A DNA stretch of 63,604 bases, filler included, from Choristocarpus tenellus KU-1152 (lineage: Eukaryota > Protista > Phaeophyceae), in the NCBI GenBank assembly GCA_964200185.2. It is 8 parts of 8 records of this genome, joined end to end, with 100 filler letters (N's around TTAATTAATTAA, not from the genome) between each part and the next. Parts side by side here need not be neighbours in the genome. Positions count along the whole stretch, not along the records: positions 9,243 to 19,501 come from CAXNAD020003033.1; positions 19,602 to 33,175 come from CAXNAD020001445.1; 6 more parts are not named here. The stretch is one strand, 5' to 3'. The translations under genes and the position numbers were made by a program. The notes beneath the pieces are model-generated. The model worked only from the letters and a program-made list of their open reading frames with translations, was not told where the DNA came from and did not search any database. Positions 12,333 through 25,900 of this stretch are shown one piece after another; the stretch's first letter is position 1; each line of letters opens with the position of its first letter.

Positions 12333-13821
12333 AAATGCCCCAAAAAATGCAGTTATGGACACTGAGAAGAGATTTTCCCATCTCGCATTATTTTCAGTTT
12401 GCACACTCAAATGCAGGTTGTGAGACACCAGAAGACACCTACCACTTCATCCATTAAGTCGAGATGTTCCATACATTGAGTGATCACTGACACGATAATC
12501 GACAGAGGCAAGTTAAAGTTTGTGGATATGATAGAATACAAAGACAGGAAGACGATGTGCTAAAAAACGAGCTGGTTCCATCACTTGCACACATGATAGA
12601 GTCTGGAGAAAGGCAAAACCGAAAACGGTTATCCGCTACACATTATCCTGCTTGTTGCCCCGATTACTTTCTACACACCTTGCGAAACGTCATCCAATGG
12701 TAGACCTGCTTATCTATATAGTGTCGTTGTATTGCATGAGTTTATGCATCATTCTAGGTAACTTAGTTGTGATCATTCTCTGGGACAGGGTAACACGAAC
12801 GACATTCCTCTTTATGAAATGATACGGCGATGACTCCTACAGTCCCTGTTCTAGCATTGTTGCGTGTCCCACCACTGTTCAAGCATTTATCCACTGAGGA
12901 GATAATTTTGTGGTTGTGGATAGTAGGTTGAGCGGGTGTGATGTGCTGGTAAAACACTGTTGATCAGATGTGGTGTACCGATACTTGCCCTTTCCGACAC
13001 TGGTACAGTTCTTTTGAATTGCTGGGAGGTTGTGCGACGAAAAGAACAAAAGACAATATTGACACTTAGGACCTAGAACTTTGGTAGTAATGGAACAAAT
13101 CAAACAATGATTTGTTGATTTGGATGTGCTCTGCAATATCTACAAGTGTGTATAGGTGTTGGATCTTATTCGACCGCTTCAAATAGAAAAACAGTCTCAA
13201 GCATGTACAAGGCAGGGTAGGATAACTGATCAAGGTCTTCCTCTCATAAAAGAGCTGCAATACAACACCCTTCAAGTATCTACAACTGTGCAATACTAGA
13301 GTTCTAAGAAAACCAAAAAATTGTAAAAGTCCAAACACCCTTGAGCCTAGCAAAATTATTGCACTCACCCAAACCACAGAATTTACCATAAAAAAACTAC
13401 AGATGTATGGAAACCACACAACAGGCAAACCATCAACTAAAATGGATAGGAATGGCACTAGCAAAAAGTACACAATGATTGAGTAACCATATACAACAGC
13501 TTTGCATATACACAGTACATTTTGGAAAGCACATCCAATCACACAGTCCAGCACTACCAATACCTTACAGCACTTGACCACGACCAAACAAACATACAAC
13601 TAAGGAGTCATGACTGATCCTGTAGTTTTACACAGCTCAAGAAAGCCTAGATCCTTCACCAGAGGGGTCACTAGCAAGAGAGAGAAAGGAGACAGGCAAA
13701 GAGAGAGGGAGAGGGAGAGAAATCATGTTTGCACAGCCTAGCCCAACATTTAGGGAACAAAACCAAGAGTAACTTCGGTTGCTTCTTTTATGTACATCCT
13801 ACCAAGGCCTGTCTCCCCCTA

Positions 13822-16800
13822 TCAAGCGAGAGATAGTGAAGAGGCTGCCTCCAACCCCCAGTCTAGGTTTTGAACCAGTTGGCACAACCATGATCTCCAC
13901 TGGGCTGAGCTCCCAAGAGACCCAATCGCCACTCCACCCAAACTCATTTCCGACTGTTTGTTCGGGGGTATACCTCGACTCCCTGTCCAATCTTCAACCC
14001 CACCACTACCACCCTCCATAGATTTGTCCCCAGTCTCCTCCTCAGTCCGTACTCTCAACTGCAGCTCCACTTCTTGCAGGGTTTCCGTGCAGCAGGCGAC
14101 AAAAACTGCTATGGCCTCATTAACACGCTTGTCATCATCTCCACCACCAGACCAGAAAAGGTCATGTGCTGCAGTCGGAAGGTAGGTGTTGTCTTGGTCT
14201 ACTCCAGGCCTATCCCCGTCGCCACCACCATCATCATCCCCTAACTACATTCAATTGCCGACACAAAATATGCGTGTGGTATGTAGGTGGGATAGAGTTG
14301 CATCGGATCAGTAAGCCAGGTGAGAGGGGAAACAGGTGACAGGACAAGGGGTTGCTGTAACTTTGCCTGCACAGGAGGTGTGTGGTAGGACAAATAGGAG
14401 ACAATCCCATCATACTGTACTGTACCATAATCACAAACCTTCAAGACCTTGGACTCGCAGTTCAGGGGGATTAGGCAGTACCGGTGCGAGGAGAACCCAA
14501 TGGCATGACAAATGCAACGAACCAGGAGAACAGCCTGCAGAGGTGGAGTGAGTAAGTATTGGAAGGATGTGTTCATGGAATGGACGGTTCAGCTGATCCA
14601 AAGGATGCATATTGAGAAGGAGGGACACATGAGGGAATTGGGGCAGGGTGAACACCCTTAGTATGTGCTACATATCTGGGCAACTACTGTGGATCAAAAG
14701 GCACCAAGAGTGATACAAACCGAAATCATTCTAAGGCCATACCACACCTTTGCAAGGGATGATGTTGGACACCTTACAGTGCATTGGCGGATTCGTCACA
14801 CACAACCTAATAAGATTTGCTGTGGTGCTCACCACACAGGGGGGAAAATAGTCCAATCCCCCCCGAACAAACTCCAATCCTCAAGTCCACATACCTTCCT
14901 AGTTTCTCTCTCCCTATCTTCTCTCTTTTGTCGGTAACTGGTTCATTTTTCACAGCATTCCTGGACAGTTCTAAAACAGTGTATTAACCACCCACCCGCT
15001 CACACAAGTGTCCACTGGAGTAAGGCATCACAATGTATAGTTCCTTCCTACCCCACAATCAGTAACACAACAAATAAAGAACTGGACTGCAGTCCAATGC
15101 TTCTTCTAGCAACAAAGAGTACTATACCTCAAAAGACATAAAAAAAACCCCTTAAGGCAGGTATCTCCTCACCTTCCTCCACCATCCCATCTCTTACCTG
15201 CCCCCAAGCGGCATTGATCTCATTCCAGTTGAGACGTTTTCGCTCATCCTGTACCCTGACCAGGCGGTACCCATTAATGACCGGAAAACCGTTAAGGTTA
15301 TTAATGACAAAGGTATCTCTTAGGACTGCTTGTCCTGAGAGGTCAGCCATCTCCTCTGCAGCCTTCAGCACAATTGCGGTGAGAATTAGACAGTATAAGA
15401 TAACGTATTTATGATGTAATTATTCATGGCACATCTACCCACCCATAAACAGTGCATCCGACAATCGGTAATTCAACTTTCCCACATCTCCAGTGCACAC
15501 CTGCCGATAGCTCAGCTAGTTAGTACACAGGGTAACGATATATTGAGGGGCTGGGGTAAGGCAGAGGGTTCGAATGAAGTGCCTGCCAGGTTGATCAAAT
15601 GTAATAATACCTGGACGTGTTACTCCTCCGTGAAGTGTCATTAAATGTCATGAGAAAAAGGCAAAGGTGAGGACAGAACCAAACACAGACCAGAAGTTGC
15701 AAAATTATTTTGAAGTGTGAACCATCAAAGGTAGGTGGGAGTCTCGTGCTTGATTCTCCCCCATCATCGAAACCGTCCGCACAAGCACCGAGTGAGAGCA
15801 CATCATGCCCACTTCTACGCACCGCTCTTGATGCACGAAGTAGGTTCCCACACTCTGCACCAAGTGCACCCCACTCGTATTCCAGCCCTGCCAACTCTTC
15901 CCATGCATTTGCACCTCCTCTACACAGCACGTCTCGCTTTTGTTCCAGGGCGGTCAACTCCGCCCTCAACTCGGCACAGCTTGCACTGGCCAAACGGAAG
16001 GCCTCTGGAAACTCAGAGTCTAGATGTTGGGAAGATGGTGATCCAATCGACTCAATCGCCTCCACCTCGTCTATTGTCTTCTCATCGGCTTTATCCCCTT
16101 CTTCATGGAATCTCTTGTCTAGCATCGCCCCTGGTAAGTGCCGTTCCTCGTCTCCTGTTGCTGATGAGGACGCGAATTGGGATATAAATTCTCTGTAGGA
16201 GTTGATGTTTCGATCGACTAAACGGTGATCATCTTCAATGCGCTCGAGGATCGCAATGTAGCAATGCCAGCAGAGTGTGGGATCCGCTTCAAGCCCAGGG
16301 TCAGCGGGGAGCAGCTCTTGACTCGAGGCGGGTGTAACCAGGCTACTACTGTGTCCATGGAGGGAGTCTACAACACGTGCCCCTGCTGACCTTCTGGAGT
16401 ACATGTGGAGAAGTGTCTCTCGACGAACATTATCGCTAAGACCAGCGTGGGATATGTGAACTATACTGTTGAGAAGGGCAGACCCAACACCAAACCCTGA
16501 CCCCGACAATCCTCCCACCACGGACATAGATCCACGACCCAAACCAACAAGCCCTGACCCCATCTCGTGGGCAACGTTAGTGAAACCTGCATGACTGTCC
16601 TGTGGAAGGGAGAAGTAACTCTCCGAAAGAATAGGCTTCGAGTCTGGGAGCACTACAAAGGAATCCTCTGGCTCACTCTTGCTTGGGGTAGTAGGTGTTG
16701 TTGGTGATAGAGTCGGATCCGTCCTAGTCTGACTCGTTCCACAAACGCGACAGGAGGAGCAAGATAGGCCCCAGGGAAATCCCGCCTCTGTTAGGTGGAG

Positions 16801-16869
16801 TTCATGTAAAGGTTCTTCATCTTCTTCTCGTCGAGTGTACCAAGAGCGACTTTGAGGTGTCTCCGACAT
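13822..16869 (-). CDS. ATG6: Beclin-1/ATG6/VPS30 homologue, ~576 aa. Exons 16869-15823, 15362-15198, 14534-14439, 14244-13822
   Basis: Four phase-0 GT-AG exons. Motifs: EDSFVVL, DPTLCWHC (cf. DHPLCxxC), a coiled coil, INGYRL...WNEINAAWGQ, RYCLIP, and C-terminal QW...LVQNLDW. Confidence 0.93.
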
Positions 16870-17399
16870 GGTTCTTAATTTTGGTTGATGGGAATGAAGA
16901 TGTGCTGCACGCAGCGCGCAGGAGGGGTGGAACATCTATGAGGATGGTCGGGTGATGGTTGTCTTTCTTCGTTTCAAGAATAATGAAGATTAGTAACAAG
17001 TATTGATGTGGTGCATTTTACAATACAAAAACTCTAAGAGTATCTTCAAACAACCAAAAAACAGATGAGGCGAAACCACCTACTTGCCTAGATTGGCACT
17101 GTGAAGGCGGCCTAGATACAAGGAAGGAATCCAACGAGTCTTCAAACAAGCTCCGGCTCGCCCACCTACTTGCCATGCCTTCAGGTTGAAGTGTGTATGT
17201 CACCTTGAAATCAGCACTTACGGTGTGGTGGGCAATGGGACTCAATCTATAGCAGGCGAACCTTCACCACCACCTTCCTGCTGAAATTCTCAGCCCCCCT
17301 ACCACCTACAGCGAGAGTCGCTAGTTCATCCAGGAATTGCTCTGCCGGTGTTGAGACTAAAACCAATGGGTTGCCCTTCCAGGCCTCAGTTGCAGTACA

Positions 17400-19330
17400 G
17401 TTACGCCGTTGTTGGGCGACGAGTCTTGTACGTACCTCTGTGAAGGCCACATCCAGGAGGAGATCCTTTTTTCCCGGTAGAGAGCCGTAGATGCGTTGGA
17501 CAGTGCCTCCGCATGGAATACCCCACCCACACAGAAATCATGGTCGATGGTGAAGGAAACTACCATACTGGAGAATGTGATCGACACATATTGTACTTCC
17601 CTTCCAACTCTAGGGCATGTGCGTGCGTGCCTAGTATCCTCATCTTGTCTTGAGCATCCAGTCACAAGGCAGTGGTTGGATATTTCGGCATTACCTCCTC
17701 TATCCCCAAAGATCAATTAGTCATGAGGCGGAAATCTGGGGATGGGATCTGTGCTACAGGTTCGAGGGGGGGAGTGGTTTCCTACAGATTGACTGCAGAT
17801 TGGCTACGCATTGCCCCCTTGCCCTCACTGGCTTCTGTGGAGTGCTAAGGCTATAAAAGAAGATTTTCTTCCAGGTCTCGGATCTTCAGGTAATTTGCGA
17901 GCTGGTAGCTGAAGGCATCAACGCAGACCCAGTTGAGGAGACGGATGACCTCATGCTAGACCCGTCTTAGTATATCTCCTGAATCATTCACTTCCAGGAT
18001 GTATGTGGACTTCTGGGCCCTGTGGCATACGGATTGTACCACCCCAGTCTACCCAGCCTTGGCCGATGGTTGTGGAAGATTCTCAGCAGGAACTCCAGGA
18101 GCTACATAAGGTACACCAAGATGATTCCAGGGGCTGCATGGTAGTTGCTGGAGCAGACGGCTGGAGCAGTTTCCTTACTATTAACCCTTGATATCTTGCA
18201 AGTTTGGGATGGTGGCTGCTGATGACCCTATAAACGCGACATGTTGGTGACTACCCTTGGAGGACAGGCCTACATCTGTAATAGTCGGCCTCTGGTCTTA
18301 GACCATTGGTGTCTCCAAGCGAAGAGATCCATTTCCACATCCTCCTTCAAGGAACTCAGTTGCCTTGGTTGAATCTGCCACCTCCACGAACCTTTCAAGT
18401 GCCTACAATGACATGTTGTTGGCCTGCTGCATGATGGGACCTGCTATTCAACGGTCTAGGTTGGGTATCTTGCAACATGTGCCCCTTATGAGGACAGAGG
18501 GGTTAGGTATTGATTGAGGAGCTATACCACCTCCTTACCCGTGCTGAACTATAATCCTGCTCACCATGTAGATACCATCACTGCAGAAACAATATACACT
18601 TTATTTTCCACTCCTGCCCTATGGCTGGATGCAGAAGACAGGATGCAGATACTATTGATAGGCATGCACATAAATGCCCTAGAGCTGGAGAGCAAGTACA
18701 GCAGCACACGTATGGTCAGGCAACCAGGCAGTACCTGGATGCGATTGGGCATCCCTTAGCCTTTGAGGATGAGAGTCCCTTCACCATAACCGAAATTTCT
18801 GCATTTGTGTGGTATTACATTCAGGGGCACCGTCAAATAAATGCAGTCACTGGTCCCTATTAGGAAGAGACTCTCCTTATGGATGCATCCTTTGTATGGT
18901 GGTGTAAGTTAACTGATGTATACGACTCTTCATTGAACAAAGGTGTCATTGTTACTGCACCTGAAGCCCCGAAACACAATCACTATGAAATATCTTTTCA
19001 GCTCAAAGATCATGGTTTCAACCTCATTGTCTTCATGGTAAAGAGTTTCCAATGGTCTCTGTACATAGCCAGAGCGATTCCTGGATTAGATAACTTCTGT
19101 AATGGGTGGTAGAGGGGCTGGGGGTTTTAGCAGGACGGGAGCAGTGACGAAACACCTGCTGTAGATTGTGTTCATCACGGCATGAGTCGAGATTTTAAGG
19201 CATGCCATGCAATTCAAGGTTAAGAAACTGGCCCAGTGGGCAACGAAGGGCTTGACAGACTTGTTGGACTCTTCCCTCATTTCTAGAACGCCTTCATAGA
19301 GCCAACAACGTTGGTTGGTGTCTACAAAAA
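17400..19330 (+). mobile_element. Decayed DIRS/Ngaro-like retrotransposon (RT and RNase H remnants)
   Basis: Broken frames carry IDCRL...GFCGV, MYVD (YVDD-like), HINALEL, DAS and ARAIPGLDN (cf. A.HIPG..N). Many stops; motif order not fully canonical. Confidence 0.45.
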
Positions 19331-19501
19331 AAAAACAGTATTGCCTGTTGTACAGTATTAGTAGCACTTTCCACCAATTTGTTGCTTCTTGTCCTCCCCA
19401 TGACGGCATCTGGAAATGTTATGGAGCATAAAACAATATACTAGTAGGGAGGGGTCTGTTGGATCCTTGGGATGCTTCCTTAGCTCCCCCCCCAGGGGCA
19501 C

Positions 19502-19601
19502 NNNNNNNNNNNNNNNNNNNNNNNNNNNNNNNNNNNNNNNNNNNNTTAATTAATTAANNNNNNNNNNNNNNNNNNNNNNNNNNNNNNNNNNNNNNNNNNN
19601 N
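19502..19601. other. Artificial assembly linker
   Basis: Same 100-bp spacer. Confidence 0.98.
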
Positions 19602-19826
19602 CTGTTTGTCCATTTGGGACTTGGCTTCCATTGGGTTCTCTTATGACATTTTCCTAATCCAAAATATTCTGGAATGGGTAAAATGTATACCTTATGAAAA
19701 GGTGTGTCTGGAACAAGGATACTGACACTTCCTAACAAACACGATAGCCAAAATTACATCAGAATCGCCACATTGGATTTTGGCCACCAAATGGACGCGG
19801 CTCTACCCTCTAAGATACTTTGGCTC
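19602..19826 (+). mobile_element. MITE family A copy, left end lost in the gap
   Basis: Same internal sequence as 38076-38333; right TIR TACCCTCTAAGATACTTTGGCTC. Confidence 0.85.
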
Positions 19827-19995
19827 TCTTATGCTTCTTTTCCCCCCACAACTTGTCTGCAAGCAATTTGCTATGATGAAGCATTTGATGTACTGAGACA
19901 AACACTACATACCCCGTTGCTCTCCTCACTGTTTCATTTGATATTCTTCATCCTGCTGCCCCATCCGCCCTTGACAACTATAGCTTCCTTAGCAG

Positions 19996-22900
19996 GTACA
20001 CCAGCTAGCAAGCGAACTGTTGTGACCAGTCTCTCGGCCTCGCCAGGGCATCCTTTTGCTGCTGGAACAACCAACGCTTTCCTTGCTCTAAAGCGGGAGG
20101 TTGTCAATGGAAAGGTCGGGCTGGGGCTGGGGGTTGAGCAATTGGGTTTGGACAGGGCTGTGGAGCGCAAACTGAAGATGAATAAGGGGATAATTGCAGA
20201 AGCAGATGAACAAGGACGAGTGCGTGTTGAAGAGATGAGGAACAAAGGGGATTGTGGGGGGACTGGGGTGAGAGTGCAGTTGGTTGACCTAGGGGCTGGA
20301 CCAAACCACAGAGGTTTCCTCAAGGAGGAGGCAGGAACGATGGGGAAACTCTTCATAGATTGCGAGGGTGAAGTATCAGGGCTAAGTCTAGTCCAGGTGA
20401 GCAAGATGTATTCAAAACATATTCTTCGGGGTGAACATGTTTACGAAGTTCAGGTAAGGGGTTCCTTTCAATGGGTAAGTGGGAAGTAAAGGTGGGAAGA
20501 GAGATCTGCTCAGGGCTGGCCTGGAGAAGGTTGAATAATGTGCAAGGTATGTGTGCATTTTATTGTACAAGCGTTGTGCACAGGAAAAATAAGACAGGTC
20601 AAGTTATGCAAGTACTTATCATAACATGATTGAGGGGTTAGAAATTGTATCAATTCAACTTCATTCTATTGGAGTAACTAACAGTATTGTTAGAACACAT
20701 TACCACGCCTCTCCATATTGAGATGACACCATGCAGAGTTAAAGATCCGCTAGGGACAGTACGACAATGGCACAGAACGAGCTCTGGGGCAGAGGTAAGA
20801 TATCCAGCATGAAATATTGCGTCAAAGATGCCTAGGCATGGGTAGCTCTGTTTCCTATTCACGTTTCTCAACCTAACTGAAACATGTTGGGAATGTACTC
20901 TGGGTACAATAAATGGAAAGATCTTCCACCCCTAGACAACATGTAAGCCGCTCGGCAGTAGAGGCTCATCCATGTGTTGTCCCTATTTCGTGATATGATC
21001 TTCAGAACGTTTTTGTTCATCCTTCTTTTGTCTCCTACAACAAATCTTTGCTCACAAAGGTGCATGCAACTGTATAGGAGAGAAAGTGAAGAAACACAAC
21101 ATGACAGACATCTCTGATGTTCCTCAAATGCTTCATTCTTGTGGGGTTCACTGGCACTGTGTTGTAAGGTCAATTTTTTTCAAAACAGTTGGCGTGAACT
21201 CAATCGCTTGCTGCTAAAAACACTGAAGAACCACGAATGAAAGGTTCAATGTTAACAGGTACCAAACGTTATTCGGCGAACAAAGTAGAGGTTCAAAGTA
21301 TCAGGGGGGGGTGGCGGCTGTCCATTCGGGGCCCATTTTTCCATGTTGTGATTTTAGGGTGATTTGGTTGCGTGCGTTGGGTGAATAATGTAAGTGCAGT
21401 GCTCCTGGTTATAGCCTGAATGGACACCCTGGCGTAGACGTCCCCGCCCCCCAGATACTTTGAGCCAGAGTCCCAGATGTTGAAGTGCAGTCTGCTGGTC
21501 TAGACCTTGTCAAGATGTGCAGCATTAACATAAGACAGAAATACAACTCGGTTTGAACCAAATTGAGACATACTCCCAATCACACCAGAGTCTTACACCT
21601 GCCACATAACACTTAGCAAACACAGGCGCATGTATCTGCTTTCTACTACAACTATATGAAGACGAGACTACTCTATGTATTAGCTCCTACGGATAAAAAA
21701 TCCCCCCTACACCATACAAACCGAACATTGAACACTAACAAAATTTCTTAGACTCAACACATCGCATATTCCAATGATCTCACATATACATCCCGGTCAA
21801 GCAAAAGTAGAGGAGACAGGAGAAGGATGACAGCACCCTGTTGGTTTGATGTGACATGGGAAATATTCCGCCACAAAAAAAGTTGTTCTCTATATTAAAT
21901 TCCCTCTTTTGGTTCCGTACAGCCAGATGGCCCACTTCAAATAATCGAATCCGATTTCACGTGCTTTCTACGCCGCAGATTACACACTTTTACAATACTT
22001 GCTCTAACCAAGACCCCCATGCCCCAAACCGGAAGTGAATGCATCACCCTTTCCATATGTCTGCCTACCCTAGGGAGACTGCCTACGAGAATCTATGGAT
22101 ACCCTGGGTAAAGTATTCTCAAGCCTTGTTCCCAATAGCCAAGACCAATCTGGTGTCTCCTCTGGAGTCAAGGAATCCAGGGCAGGGTCAGTTGGTAGGG
22201 ATATATATTGTGAGCATGTGGAGCAAGAACATGTGGGGAGTGTACCACCCAAGCTACCTCCGAGGTTGGATATCTGGGATAAACTAAGGTACACTTTGAG
22301 CCAATCCAGTGAACTGCCAACCACACTCCTGTTTTCTGATTCCTGTTTGTGCGGTGAACGCATTGCTGTGGTATGCATTCATTTTCGAGTATATGAGGAA
22401 CACACAGGCAACCAAGATAGTATTCCGATCGGAATATAAATAAAGCACCAGGCTACGGCCAAGAGGTACAGATAAGGTAAAGGAGGAGAAAATGATTGAT
22501 CTCTGCCATGATATAACTTCAACTTCAGTATAGCAAGCAAACACCCAACATGGCGCTGGCCCTGACTCAGGCCTTGTCAAAACATCCCTGCGCCCCAAAA
22601 TCAAGGCTTATGATGCATGGGCAAGTATCATTGCGCGGTGAAAGATTGGAGCTTGTTGTGCTTACATCAGAGAGAATATCTGCAGTGGGCGCTGGACTGC
22701 GGATTACCATAGCTGAGGCTGAGGTGGGAAGTGCAAATTCTCTCCGTAACACTGTTGTATTTGTGCAAAGAAGTGGATGGGTTGAAGGGGGGAGCATTGG
22801 GAAAATTGTTTTCGGGGGCCCTATTATTGTCTGGAGTCTAAGCCACTAAAATAGTGAGCTGACTACTCACTTTTTTTTGCCGCAGGTAGGTGGATGAGTC

Positions 22901-25900
22901 GCCGGGTATATATATATATATATATTTACTCATTGGTCAGATACAAGTTGGATGGATTGTATCGCCTTCAAGACCCCAAAGCTCAACTATAAGATTTCCT
23001 GAACATGAGCTTCTTCCTGCACAATTTGAAATTCTATTTTTCCTTATTGACACCACTGCGTCTATTTCAAACAGCTCAGTACCCAAAATATTGCGTTCTA
23101 GACAGTTTTCCCGCTATTGATGTTGTTGGTGAACAGGTTTGGTGTTTTTTCGAAGACCTTACTGTTGTAGACGTAAGAAGACTCCCCTCCATAAGCATAT
23201 GTGTGTAACCGCCGATTTTGACTGTATGTAGGGGGGGGGGGGTGAGGGACTACTCAGGCTTGATAGAGGTTTGAAGCATAAAGATAATCGGGGAAGAGGA
23301 GGTGTCAAACAAGAAGGACACCAGCACACAGTTTATCAGACAGAATGTCATTAGTGCTACAGTTTGGAGAGATAGCGGGAAAAGTTCAACTGAATAATAT
23401 CGTTTCGATAGTGGGTACAGATAGGTCTGAAGTATATGGAAAAGCGAAAATATTACGCATATTTGTGCTGTTGTGCCTGAGATTTTCACGTTTCGGAAAA
23501 TGCAAGGCAATTTGTCTTCAGCACAGGTGCACTCATTTATTTTGCACTTGAAAAATTACCTTAGAGGGTACGAGTCTGGCCCTGTTTGTTTGTTTAAGGC
23601 TTGGTTTCCCACAGGATGACTTTTTCCTACTCCGAAACGTTTCGGAGTAGGAAAAATGAGTATGTTTTGGAGTAGGCATCATGTATATGTCCGGAACAAG
23701 GATATGGACACTTCCTAACAAACATGATAGCCAAAATTATACCAAAATCGCAACATTGGATTTTGGCCCCCGAACGGACGTGGCCCTACCCTCTAAGATA
23801 ATTTGACTCAAGGTAGTCAGGGTTGTTTACGTGATGTTAACATGAAGCTATCAATTGAAGAATTTGTCCCTATCCATTTGTCATTGTAGAAACGTTTGGG
23901 CTAAGTCAAGCTTGAAACATCAGTCCTTGCTGTTGGTCCCTCGACGTTTGTGTAAAACAATAACACTAAAAAAAAAGGTGGACTACTCTCTTGGACACTT
24001 GAACTTGCGACTGAGGCATGCACTTTTATCGACACCTGGCAGTCCAATGGAGGATTTGTTGAGACCCCCCCATGGTGAGTGTTGTGTCTTGAATATTTTG
24101 GAGGAAAAACACATGGTGAAGAATGAAAAAGCTTGAGATTAGGGTTAGGGTTAGAATGACTCACAGTACATGTAACACAGGCACCAACCCAGGCGTTGAC
24201 CAGGTCCAAAAGCATTTAAGAGATCAGGAGTTCTGCCCTGTTTGTCCATTCGGGGCTAGGCTTCCCACCGATTCTTTTGCCCTTTTTCGGTTTTCTGTTC
24301 GAACACAGTTACCTTAACCCTAGAGTGTATACGACTATGAAATGTGTGTCTGGAGTAAGGGTATTTACACTAGCTAACAAACATGATAGCCAAAATTCAT
24401 CAAAATATCAACATTGGATCTTGGACCACAAAACGGACACGGCCCCACTCTCTTAAATGCTTTGACTCTACAATAGTTTCCCTTTCTTTGTTTTATTGCT
24501 TGGGGGAAGCCTCACAATTAAATGCCAGACAGTCCCTAGTCCATCCCCCATGTCATATGTTTTCATTGTATCGTCCTACGTGGCGACCAAGAGTGAGGGT
24601 TAGAGTTAAGGGATGAACATTCCTCGATATTGTTCCATCCGATTTACTCAGGACTAGCATGAGGGTTGGGCTTGTAGAAAATATTGTATTACGTACCACA
24701 TCCCTTATCTCTCGTTTATTCTTTTTTTCTCATAATCATATCTCTTGCCATAACTCTTCCATTCCAGATCTACACCGTAGCACTGGAGACTCAAGATACA
24801 TCGGGAAACACATCAGTAACCATCACTTAAGCTCCTGCAGGAGCAAAACCTGCAACCAAGAAGGCTCCATTCTTCATCTACCTCCTAACCCCTCCAGAGG
24901 ATATGGAAGTTGTTCCAGTGGTGGTGAGGGTGGATGTCCTAGTCCTGGGGAGCCCCTTTTTGGACTTGAGCCGAACCTGAATGTATCATCTCCAGATGCA
25001 ATTCACCCCCCAAGGAAGCACAGCCATGCAGGGACTGACATTTTTGGCACTCGTCACAGGTAGATCTTCTGGAGAAAAACTCTATCGCTGAGCAAACCTA
25101 AGCTTTACCCTGACCCCAGCTTTACAACAAGAATTTGGGTGATTGCAGTCCCCCAAAAGGCTTCATCTCAAGCCGTTCGCTATGTATGAAGTACGAGCAT
25201 TAAATATTAGGTACCCCCTTCATCCAACATGCTGACAGGTAGGGGAGGGGTAGCAAATCAGCTTGAGACAGACTGATATAATTCTTGCATTGGGTGAATG
25301 GTTGAAAGCAAGGGGGAAGTAGAACAACTAAGGGTATACCCTGAGTCCATAATATTGTATTGTTCTTGGTCTCACTTATTCAGTCAGCCTGTCTGCTAAT
25401 CACCATATTTTCTCGTTGAAAGCATACCGATGTTCCATCCGCCCCAGGCGAAATTGTGAGCCTATCTTAAGCTGCCATGCCCACCCCTCCCACCTTGTGT
25501 AGCGCATGCTCGGAAGACTTCCATTTTCTTTTGCTTGGTAATTCATTCCTCAGGTGACTTACCCTTGTCCAGTTAACCTCTTGACTATTGGACTCACTTT
25601 TTTCAACTTCTTGGTTGCTGGCATTTCCCCCAATATATTTGTATTATTTGGACAATGTAGTGTTTACTTGACTGAGAAACCAAGTTAAAATATCACACTT
25701 CACAAAACTATTCAAGTAAGCAATATCGTGGCTGGACACCACCAATAGCATAAGGTCCAAGATATCTATTAATCAGCACATATTTATGAGATGCACAAGG
25801 AAATTCATTCCTGTACATGGATGGAGGCCCTCAAGGAAGCAATAAAAAAACGATATTACTCAGTAGTACATAGTTTAGAGAAAAAGATAGAATAATGACA

